This document shows positions 35,445 through 42,447 of a DNA stretch of 42,447 bases, piece after piece; position 1 is the first letter of the stretch; the number at the start of each line of letters is the position of its first letter. A program made the position numbers and the translations under genes. This DNA is from Dehalococcoidales bacterium (GTDB lineage: Bacteria > Chloroflexota > Dehalococcoidia > Dehalococcoidales > UBA3254): contig DATIKD010000070.1 in the NCBI GenBank assembly GCA_035477965.1, positions 1 through 42,447 of the forward strand. The letters are read 5' to 3'. Under the pieces are notes generated by a model that was not told the origin of the DNA, made no database searches, and was given only the letters and a program-made list of their open reading frames with translations.

Positions 35445-35473
35445 ATTATATAATTTTATTCGGTCAGTGTCAA
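35445..35473 (-). promoter_or_regulatory. Perfect consensus sigma70 promoter TTGACA-17 nt-TATAAT
   Basis: On the minus strand TTGACA is the reverse complement of 35468-35473, the spacer runs 35467-35451 (17 nt), and TATAAT is the reverse complement of 35445-35450. It fires toward 34.7 kb. Confidence 0.65.
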
Positions 35474-35536
35474 AAAAGCACTGGTTGGGCCTGATTCGAG
35501 TCAGCCCCGAAGAAATAACCGGTGAATTCTCCTGTT

Positions 35537-37054
35537 TTACACTGAAGGTTTAATTTCAAGTCCGACTATTTTTTCAGCAGAATCGTAAATTACCCGGATA
35601 ATGATGACGGCCCTGGTAAAAACACAGGTGACAGAAACATAATCCAGATTATCTTTATTAACTGAAGATATGCTTCGGATGCTTTGGAAATTACCAACCT
35701 GACTTATGAGAGAAGCCCAGCTATCCCTGATAGCCGCAACCGGTAAGTGGGCAGTAAAAGTTTTGTCCAGAAATCCGGCTGCCAGGTCGAATTTTTCTGC
35801 CACCATGAGTTCTATCCAGGCTTGCGCCTTTCCCTCCAGGAGTTTATTAGAGTTTTTGGCTGTACCGGTAGCTGAAGTGACCTGAGCAGGGGAATCATCC
35901 AAACCGGTCATTTGCAGAATAGCCTCTTCCAGCGCCGCCGAACCATCGCCGCAACTGGTGAATCCGGCAAAACCAATATCCAGGGCCGGGTAAACCGCTA
36001 TTGTGGCATAGAAAGTACCGCCGGAACCGCTGGCAGTGCTTAAGCTGCTCCCCTGAAAAGTGGAAATTGCCCAGCCGTAACCCATATTGACCGTACCTTT
36101 CTGTCCGGACATTTGAGGATTATAAGCATACATATCACTGATCTTTTCGCTCAAATGCAGGGTATGGATATTGTCATAACCCTTTTTATCCAGAAGCCGG
36201 CCATGACCCTGGAGACCGGCCAGATTTTCCTGGACATAAAGCGCAAAGTCGGTAATACTGCAATGCACCCCGCCGGCCGGATTCATCCAGTTCGGGAAAA
36301 TATACGCGTTATTTTCCAGTTCCTGCGGTTGGGGTAATCCACCGGCCGCCGGATAATGTCCCCGGGGCTGATCAGGTTCGGCCGAGGAGGCCGGCCAACC
36401 CCCGATTTTGGCCTTTTTCATACCCAGGGGTCGGAATATTCTTTCTTGCAGGAAGGCTTCGTAAGGCCTGTCTGCAACCGCATCGATTATATGTCCGGCA
36501 ATCGACCATCCGGTATTGGAATAGACGGCTTTTGTACCCGGTTTGTTAATTGGGGCCAGGTTTAGTGCGAATTTAGCCACTTCATGGCGCTGTTCCTCAG
36601 GTTTGGAAAAAGCGGCCGGGATGTCATGCCAGAGTTTCTGCCAAACTGCGGGGGCTTCGGTATCCGACCTTTGTAAAGGCAAAATGCCGGCCTGGTTTAA
36701 TAATAGAGCGGCGAGGCTGACCTGGCGGTATTCTTCTCGCATGGGTATATCCGGCAAAGCTTTTTCAAGAGGAGTGTCATATCTGATTTTCTCTTCATTC
36801 ACCAGCATCTGGATAAGCAGGGCCGTCATTGTCTTGGTGGTGGACCCGATGTGAAAACGGCTATCGATTTTGACAGCTTTGTTTTGCCCGTAAACAACTG
36901 TTCCTGCACAGGCCTTGGCGATTATTTTATTACTGTTGACCAGGGCACAGGCCATAGCGGGCTGATGGTAACGTTCACGAATTGACTTGAGGGTATTCAG
37001 TAATTCACTGTCACCGGTTATCAACAGCTGCCAGCCGGCCTTATTTGTTTTCAC
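35537..37054 (-). CDS. Serine hydrolase (class C beta-lactamase / PBP family) with a C-terminal DUF3887-like domain
   Basis: 505 aa with a GTG start. The SxxK motif is FHIGSTTKTMTALL. The C-terminal ~100 aa form a separate small domain. Confidence 0.8.
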   Translation of the reverse strand: MKTNKAGWQLLITGDSELLNTLKSIRERYHQPAMACALVNSNKIIAKACAGTVVYGQNKAVKIDSRFHIGSTTKTMTALLIQMLVNEEKIRYDTPLEKALPDIPMREEYRQVSLAALLLNQAGILPLQRSDTEAPAVWQKLWHDIPAAFSKPEEQRHEVAKFALNLAPINKPGTKAVYSNTGWSIAGHIIDAVADRPYEAFLQERIFRPLGMKKAKIGGWPASSAEPDQPRGHYPAAGGLPQPQELENNAYIFPNWMNPAGGVHCSITDFALYVQENLAGLQGHGRLLDKKGYDNIHTLHLSEKISDMYAYNPQMSGQKGTVNMGYGWAISTFQGSSLSTASGSGGTFYATIAVYPALDIGFAGFTSCGDGSAALEEAILQMTGLDDSPAQVTSATGTAKNSNKLLEGKAQAWIELMVAEKFDLAAGFLDKTFTAHLPVAAIRDSWASLISQVGNFQSIRSISSVNKDNLDYVSVTCVFTRAVIIIRVIYDSAEKIVGLEIKPSV

Positions 37055-37282
37055 GCCCCCGTCTCCCCAAAATTGATTTTGTACACGAAAGCTGCAATTC
37101 CTGCGATTATCAAGCTACCGTATAAGAGCCGGAGGTTTTTCCATATATCTCGATTTTCTTCGACTCTTTTTGGTTTCACAACACCATTATACATACCCTG
37201 ATTCTCAGCATATATTATTCCCTCACGGGACGACTAATCCGGCGGGAGAGGGCATCAGAGAGCCATGACTTCAGGCGAATAT

Positions 37283-37412
37283 CCCCCACAAGTTGTTTCG
37301 CTTCGCTCCAACACGACAACCAAAAAGAAGGCCGGATGCTTCGCTTGCGCTCGTGTACACTAATGCGCCTGTATTAGACTGATTATTTTGATAATACCCC
37401 GGACTTTTTTTT
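37283..37412 (-). repeat. Two degenerate A-like units (reverse orientation) plus the conserved C-type core
   Basis: The reverse complement of 37283-37360 reads ...cgagcgcaagcgaagcatccgg...gttgtcgtgttggagcgaagcgaaacaac, related to the 19.6-kb units. The core agactgattattttgataat at 37376-37395 is identical to 39215-39234. Confidence 0.7.
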
Positions 37413-37441
37413 CTGACTCCAACAACTGATTTCATCCGTAC

Positions 37442-37469
37442 TTGTATTTTACTCTAAAAGTGTTAAAAT
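37442..37469 (+). promoter_or_regulatory. Candidate promoter of the PNPOx-like gene (TTGTAT-16-TAAAAT with a TGn extension)
   Basis: TTGTAT lies at 37442-37447 and tgtTAAAAT has its hexamer at 37464-37469. It sits 54 nt upstream of the ATG. Confidence 0.35.
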
Positions 37470-37522
37470 TCTACTAACAGCATTTTCCCTTAACAAAATA
37501 AATATTTCAGGAGGAGAAACAA

Positions 37523-37915
37523 ATGCAGGAAGTTTTTGATTTTTTGAAGAAATGCGGGACTTATTATCTGGCCACAGTGGAAGGCGATCAGCCTCGCGTC
37601 CGTCCTTTCGGGACGGTCAACATTTTTGAAAACAAAATGTATATTCAGACCGGCAAGGCCAAACCGGTATCCAAACAGATGAAGAAAAATCCCAAAGTTG
37701 AAATTTGCGGGTTTACCGGCGGCCAGTGGATACGCGTTCAGGCTGAAGCAGTTGAAGATGACCGCGTCCAGGCCAAGCAGAGCATGCTGGATGCTTACCC
37801 ACAGTTGAAGAACATGTATTCCGCCACTGACAGCAATACCCAGGTGCTCTATCTGAAGAACGCCGTGGCCACCATTGCCTCCTTCCAGGGCCCTCCCAAA
37901 GTGATTAAATTCTAG
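37523..37915 (+). CDS. Pyridoxamine 5'-phosphate oxidase-like FMN-binding protein
   Basis: 130 aa. It has YYLATVEGDQPRVRPFG...KMYIQTGKAKPVSKQMKKNPKVEI, a split-barrel pattern. GGAGGAG lies upstream. Confidence 0.85.
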   Translation: MQEVFDFLKKCGTYYLATVEGDQPRVRPFGTVNIFENKMYIQTGKAKPVSKQMKKNPKVEICGFTGGQWIRVQAEAVEDDRVQAKQSMLDAYPQLKNMYSATDSNTQVLYLKNAVATIASFQGPPKVIKF

Positions 37916-37976
37916 TCCGGTTTCCAACCGGGTTAAGGTCGAACAATCCGGCCGTTAGTTCATTTCTAAACATGAG

Positions 37977-38025
37977 CCCTCTTTCAAACCTCCACCCATC
38001 CGGAGGAATGAAAGAGGGTTTGTAT
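37977..38025 (+). terminator. Rho-independent terminator after the PNPOx-like gene
   Basis: A 10-bp outer stem joins CCCTCTTTCA (37977-37986) and TGAAAGAGGG (38009-38018). An inner CCTCC/GGAGG stem sits within it, followed by TTTGTAT. Confidence 0.7.
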
Positions 38026-38066
38026 CAATTTTGAATGATCTGGTTAAGTATGAACAGGAGAAAGAC

Positions 38067-39035
38067 ATGGGGCCGCAAAAATATGCCGGAAATATTATCA
38101 CACGCACCAGGGAATATACCCCCCAGGAACTTAAAATGATTGAACAGATGCTGCGTGAGCACCCGGTCGAGACCACTGTCAGCATGGAACGCCTGTTATG
38201 GATGGATAACCAGATGGTCCCCGGTGCGGAAATGTACATGGAATGTATCTGGTTATGGAGCGGAGAGACCAAATCCGGATTGATGGAAGAACCCCACGTG
38301 CATGATTTTGAGGAAGTAATCGGTTTCATCAGTTCTGACCCGGACAACCCTAAAGAATTGGGAGCGGTAATGGAAATCAATCTGGGGGATGAAATTCATT
38401 ATCTAACCCAAAGCTGCCTGGTGCATATTCCGGCCGGCATGAAGCACTGTCCTCTAACCTTTAAAGAGGTCCGCCGTCCGGTCTTTTTCTTCACACTGGC
38501 CCCCATCAGTCAATATGGGCGCACTTCCGGTTTTAAAAATCCTGAAGCAGTGAAGAAAACGGCTTTTGTTCCTCCCGCTGAGGCTGATGCTTCGGGCACC
38601 CGCTACGGGCGTTATATAGTTACCAGGCCAAAATCCCACGCCCCAGGTGGAAACAGTGCAGAGAGGCCTCGCCCTGCCAACTTGCGGGCTAACCAGATTG
38701 TCTCCCTGGACAGCGAAGTTTCGCCGGGAGCTTTTTATGTTGACTTCGTCTGGATATGGAGCGGGTCCATGACCATGTCCCCCCAGCCTCATAAACATGA
38801 TTTTGATGAAATGATAGGCATTGCCGGCGCCGGCAGCCCGGGAAATGCCCGCCGGATCGGCGGTGAAGTGTCCATTGATATCGAAGGAGAAAAATATCAG
38901 ATCAAAGAAAGCTCACTGGTGTACCTCCCTAAAGGCATTGATCATTGCCCGCTGGAGTTCAAAGACATAACCTCTCCGGTGCTTTGTTTCACCATCGGCA
39001 ATACCACCCGCTGGGAGACCCTCAAACCGGTATAA
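38067..39035 (+). CDS. Bicupin protein of unknown function (two H-x-H...P-x-G-x-x-H-C-P modules)
   Basis: The track ORF starts at TTG 38031. I prefer ATG 38067 because AGGAG lies 6 nt upstream. Module 1 is EPHVHDFEEVIGF...VHIPAGMKHCPLTF. Module 2 is QPHKHDFDEMIGI...VYLPKGIDHCPLEF. Confidence 0.8.
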   Translation: MGPQKYAGNIITRTREYTPQELKMIEQMLREHPVETTVSMERLLWMDNQMVPGAEMYMECIWLWSGETKSGLMEEPHVHDFEEVIGFISSDPDNPKELGAVMEINLGDEIHYLTQSCLVHIPAGMKHCPLTFKEVRRPVFFFTLAPISQYGRTSGFKNPEAVKKTAFVPPAEADASGTRYGRYIVTRPKSHAPGGNSAERPRPANLRANQIVSLDSEVSPGAFYVDFVWIWSGSMTMSPQPHKHDFDEMIGIAGAGSPGNARRIGGEVSIDIEGEKYQIKESSLVYLPKGIDHCPLEFKDITSPVLCFTIGNTTRWETLKPV

Positions 39036-39211
39036 CCGGGGAGAATTATCATTTGGAATTTTTACTACGAATTAACAACGGCAGTTGGACTGGGGGTTCT
39101 TCGTCCTCAAGTTTGATGCGGCAAATTTACCGGTGTAATTCCGTCCCTGGACGCAATAATGAATATGGATTCACCTGCTTGTCCAAAATAAGAGTCCGTT
39201 TCGAGTCTGGG

Positions 39212-39320
39212 TTAAGACTGATTATTTTGATAATTCCCTGATTTTTTATATCACGGTGCGAGAACAAGGTGTCATGCTGGAGGCCTCGAAGGGCGAGGCC
39301 GAAGCATCCGGAGGAGGGGT
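39212..39320 (+). repeat. C-type core followed by one A-type hairpin unit
   Basis: The core lies at 39215-39234. The hairpin lies at 39274-39307 (ATGCTggaGGCCTCGaagggCGAGGCCgaAGCAT). Confidence 0.85.
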
Positions 39321-39516
39321 ACAACCCCATACAATAACCATTTATAGCCAAAATGGAGGATTTTTACAAGATTGTCACTCGTTCAGCCTTCAAATTGGAC
39401 AGCAGTGAGATTTCTCTTAATGGACACGTGAAGTTTCAAAAAATGGATTGGTAATTTCTTTTTCAGTGTATTAACATTATACCAGTAACCAAAATACCTG
39501 ATTATAGGAGGATCAT

Positions 39517-39993
39517 ATGGCAGGAATGGATAATCTTAAGAACGTGGTACGGGAACCCAATGTAGTAGAGCTAAAACCCTGGAAATCTATCCACTATGAA
39601 ATTAAGGAGGTGATGGTGACCGGACTGGGAACGGTTGATATCCCGGAATCTGTCCTGGCATCGGGCTTCGCTCGTATTACTGAGCCGGTATGCATGGGCT
39701 CGCCCACTCACAAGCATCCCTTCGATCAGTGGATCTACTTGATCGGCGATACTGACAATTTCGGTAAGTTGGACGCCGATATTGAGATGACCCTCGGCGA
39801 TAAAATCGTCAAGATCAACTATCCCTGTTATGTCTTCATCCCCAAAGGCGTCATGCATTGCCCGCTGGATGTAAAACGGGTTGGAAAGCCTTTCATATTT
39901 ATCGATTCCAGAATAACCGAAGAGGCGTCTGTACGCCCTGCTACCGTCAAGAAACACGCTGCTATAAAATACATTGCCAAACAGAAAAAATAG
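39517..39993 (+). CDS. Single-domain cupin, paralogous to the bicupin modules
   Basis: 158 aa with a GGAGGA RBS. It has PTHKHPFDQWIYLIG...VFIPKGVMHCPLDV. Confidence 0.8.
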   Translation: MAGMDNLKNVVREPNVVELKPWKSIHYEIKEVMVTGLGTVDIPESVLASGFARITEPVCMGSPTHKHPFDQWIYLIGDTDNFGKLDADIEMTLGDKIVKINYPCYVFIPKGVMHCPLDVKRVGKPFIFIDSRITEEASVRPATVKKHAAIKYIAKQKK

Positions 39994-40017
39994 ACAAATC
40001 TTAGCCGTGTACTAATC

Positions 40018-40057
40018 AAGAGGGTGATGGCGAGCTCGCCATCACCCTCTTCTTTTC
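40018..40057 (+). terminator. Rho-independent terminator after the 158-aa cupin gene
   Basis: A perfect 17-bp stem, AAGAGGGTGATGGCGAG/CTCGCCATCACCCTCTT, spans 40018-40051 and is followed by CTTTTC. Confidence 0.8.
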
Positions 40058-40468
40058 AAGTCAATCGCAATCAGGGCGACCGGGGTATCTATCGCCTGCG
40101 TTCTGTTGGCAGAAATATTGTACCGGGTAAGCAACATCATGAAGAGAGATTTGGCATCCATTTTTAAGATCCTTATTCGGTGCAGTGTAAGTTGGGTTTA
40201 GTGGACAACCAGGCCGGTTAAACTAGAGTAGACGGAGGCGTTCTGTCTGGAAGAATAACAAATCAGAACTCTGACAGGCGGCTGATTTTCAAAATACGAC
40301 CATGGAGCGAACCGTCTCAAGTGTTTTAAGGGTAAAATACTTTGGCACCTGAAGGGCCGGCTGTCTTTTTCCAGGCCCTTTTCGGGTATTGCGCAACGGT
40401 GTACGCTGCACAGACCTGTTTTCACTTGAATTCAGCTTCACCAGATAAATGTGATAATACGAATCTAC

Positions 40469-41239
40469 CTATTTAACCTGCAGAAGTATAGTTACTCCTG
40501 TCAGGTCACCCTCCAGTTCGTCACATTCCGCCTGCTGGCTCTCAACATACGAATCAAACATGGCAGTTTTATCCGAATGCGCTAGCTTTAATTCATTCGC
40601 TCGCTTGATTATTTGTTCCTGGTTGTATCTGTTTATCGCGGCGAATTTTTCATTATCGATGGCCTTTTCAGCAACCAGCTTAACCCCGGCGTTTTTAAAG
40701 GTCTTTAGACAAGTCTCTCTTGTGGGAAATTTATCATCCGACTCGTTATTGCTGTATGATTCGTCCACTATGATGTAACCCGCAGGTTTAACGATTTCCT
40801 TCAACTTTAAAATGGTTTCAAGACGATTACCCAGCAAATCGCCGAGTGCACCGAAAATTACGATGTCATAATTTTTCTCGATCTCAACTGATTGATTGAT
40901 GTCTTCGACCACGAAATTACAAAAGCTTTCAACCCCGTGTTCTCTGGCTTTTCTCCATGCATAATCTATAAACTCCGGCATAATGTCTATACCTTTGACC
41001 TTACAACCCAACTCTTTGGCCAGATGAATGCTGACCGCACCTTTCCCACACCCCAGATCAAGGATGCCTAGTTTATTCGAAACTGGGCAGTTTTTAGTAA
41101 TGAGTTCAACAATATCTTCCGGTTCTGAACCGAGTTCCCACAAATCCTGCAGCAGGTAAGCCAAGAATGGAATCAATTCAGTGGTTTCGGCGGTTAGCGA
41201 TTTGGCCAGCTTCTCTCTGCTTCCAGGTGTGATATCCAT
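40469..41239 (-). CDS. Class I SAM-dependent methyltransferase
   Basis: 256 aa. Motif I is ILDLGCGKGAVSIHLA, with an acidic motif II residue in KGIDI. Confidence 0.85.
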   Translation of the reverse strand: MDITPGSREKLAKSLTAETTELIPFLAYLLQDLWELGSEPEDIVELITKNCPVSNKLGILDLGCGKGAVSIHLAKELGCKVKGIDIMPEFIDYAWRKAREHGVESFCNFVVEDINQSVEIEKNYDIVIFGALGDLLGNRLETILKLKEIVKPAGYIIVDESYSNNESDDKFPTRETCLKTFKNAGVKLVAEKAIDNEKFAAINRYNQEQIIKRANELKLAHSDKTAMFDSYVESQQAECDELEGDLTGVTILLQVK

Positions 41240-41464
41240 ATTTTTCCCTCTTCTCCCGTTGTATAGGGGTAGTTTACCGTAAAATCCTATTTTCCCTCAA
41301 ATCAGGTGTCGATCCATTGGCGGTTATCAAGCAATTGAGACGTCCATTCCAGGAAAAAAGGAGAGACAGTCTTACGTGGAGTTTAACAGGAAGCTGTTGG
41401 TGGGTTTTTGGGGTGTGAAGCTATCCTGGAGCGAATGGACTCCCTTGATCAGCGCTAAAGGGCC

Positions 41465-41493
41465 TTGACAATTCGCCATAATTGGGATATCTT
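41465..41493 (+). promoter_or_regulatory. Candidate promoter TTGACA-17-TATCTT for the last cupin gene
   Basis: TTGACA lies at 41465-41470, followed by a 17-nt spacer and TATCTT at 41488-41493. GGGAGGTG lies at 41508-41515. Confidence 0.45.
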
Positions 41494-41521
41494 AAAGCCA
41501 TCATTTTGGGAGGTGCTAAAA

Positions 41522-42447
41522 TTGGGTAGACTCGATAACCAGTTCAATCCATTTATAAAAACACACGATAAAGACAACTGGTATGGTTACACCAGTCCGC
41601 GCATGACTTTTTTTAATTCCGATGCTGTAATTCCGGGTGTTTCGTTTGGAACGGGCTTCCTCGTGGCCACTAAAGTGGGAACTATGGATATTCCGCATAT
41701 TCATGACGGGGCGCATAATTTCTTCGTCTTCACCGGCGCTGAACTTGACAGGATCTTTGAGGCTGAATTTGAAATCGGTTATTGTATAGGTGATTCCGCA
41801 AAATCCATGGAAATTTACCATATAACAAAGCCGTCCATCGTAACTGCTCCTGCGGGCGTTCTTCACTGTCCGGTGTATTTCAAAAAGGTTGTCAGAGGCC
41901 TTAATACCATGCTCACTTATGTTGGAACTACTAACGGAAGAGTTTACAGCCGCCTTGATAAAAACGGAAAAGAGGAATGGCTCTACCAGAAAGACCACTC
42001 GAGACCCTGCGTAAAAGACCCGAAAAAAGAATGCACCTTCTGCGGGCTTTGCTTCACTAATCCGAAGCAGACAGACGAGGATGTCCGTAAATATATGGAA
42101 CCTTTCTACAAAAACGCTTCGACTGTTGGTAAGTATAAAAACTGTATCGTTGAACTAAGAAAAGATTACCACAAGCTCGGAGATGCGGTAATGAATCCCA
42201 GATGTGTTTTCAAAGGCAAAGAAGATATGCCCAATACCGGGCAGCAGTTCAGCTTTAACATCATTACGGCGCCATGCCAGTTGGGAGATAACGAACCGGT
42301 GAGCAACGGACAAATCGCCGAATTTCTGTGGTTTTCCGGAACGGACGTCGTCGAACCGTGGGGTAGTTTTGACGCAGAGATAGAGGTAATGCTGGGAGAA
42401 GACCCCGACCATATGGAGGCGGTAAAATTCGACAGGCCCGGGGTCAT
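41522..42447 (+). CDS. Bicupin-like protein with a Cys-rich inter-domain linker, 3' end beyond the window
   Basis: Not in the ORF track because no stop lies in the window. My own translation starts at TTG 41522, 6 nt after GGGAGGTG, and is open for 308 codons to the edge. It reads ...DIPHIHDGAHNFFVFTG...APAGVLHCPVYF...RPCVKDPKKECTFCGLCF...AEFLWFSGTDVVEPWGSFDAEIEVMLGED.... The three minus-strand track ORFs here are antisense artefacts. Confidence 0.75.
   Translation, partial: MGRLDNQFNPFIKTHDKDNWYGYTSPRMTFFNSDAVIPGVSFGTGFLVATKVGTMDIPHIHDGAHNFFVFTGAELDRIFEAEFEIGYCIGDSAKSMEIYHITKPSIVTAPAGVLHCPVYFKKVVRGLNTMLTYVGTTNGRVYSRLDKNGKEEWLYQKDHSRPCVKDPKKECTFCGLCFTNPKQTDEDVRKYMEPFYKNASTVGKYKNCIVELRKDYHKLGDAVMNPRCVFKGKEDMPNTGQQFSFNIITAPCQLGDNEPVSNGQIAEFLWFSGTDVVEPWGSFDAEIEVMLGEDPDHMEAVKFDRPGV

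Noticed and set aside
37490-38380. Minus-strand ORFs 37490-37927 and 37955-38380
   Set aside because: They are antisense to the PNPOx-like gene and the bicupin gene respectively and have no motifs. The plus-strand genes have RBSs, promoter and terminator signals.
40198-40425. 75-aa minus-strand ORF in the gap between the cupin terminator and the methyltransferase gene
   Set aside because: It has no RBS and Arg/Ser/Cys-rich composition. The region may hold the methyltransferase 3' UTR, and I see no supportable feature there.
41516-42447. Minus-strand track ORFs 41516-41998, 42155-42412 and 42166-42447
   Set aside because: They are antisense to a 308-codon uninterrupted plus-strand frame. That frame has a strong RBS and clear paralogy to the two upstream cupin genes. 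The minus-strand products have no recognisable features.

Overview
This 42.4-kb window is densely coding and looks like it comes from a strictly anaerobic bacterium. It carries Hcp, a 2-oxoacid:ferredoxin oxidoreductase, and EtfAB with HdrD-like Fe-S proteins. Its lipoproteins have long Pro/Thr/Ala linkers, which I associate with Chloroflexota-type genomes, but that taxon guess is low confidence.

Layout, left to right:
- 1-12.2 kb: one co-directional minus-strand cluster. It holds a family-5 ABC binding protein, two permeases, an IclR regulator, a membrane Fe-S oxidoreductase, EtfB/EtfA, two GlcD-like FAD oxidases and a soluble CCG Fe-S protein.
- 12.8-25 kb: housekeeping and accessory enzymes. 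These are two MBL hydrolases, glpK-glpD, hcp, a type-B carboxylesterase, a rhodanese lipoprotein, an S51-like peptidase and a PaaK/CapK-like ligase.
- 25.2-31.5 kb: a nucleic-acid-processing island. It holds a Pif1-like helicase with a WYL tail, a Nudix hydrolase, a tandem hairpin-repeat array, a single-HKD PLD nuclease fused to an SF3/VirE-like P-loop ATPase, and RNase HI with an unrecognised N-terminal extension. No integrase or tRNA is present. This is my best candidate for an undescribed defence or mobile-element system.
- 31.7-34.1 kb: porD-porA-porB, with only a decayed porG remnant upstream.
- 34.7-35.5 kb: an orphan transcription unit. It has a perfect TTGACA-17-TATAAT promoter and an intrinsic terminator, and contains only broken or short ORFs.
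- 35.5-42.4 kb: a serine hydrolase, a PNPOx-like flavoprotein, a methyltransferase and three paralogous cupin genes with an unusual H-C-P motif.

A two-tier hairpin repeat family with compensatory base changes is scattered through at least five intergenic regions.

Two edge-truncated genes (1-393 minus, 41522-42447 plus) are missing from the ORF track. I found them by direct translation.

All functional calls rest on motif recognition by eye. No database search was run.
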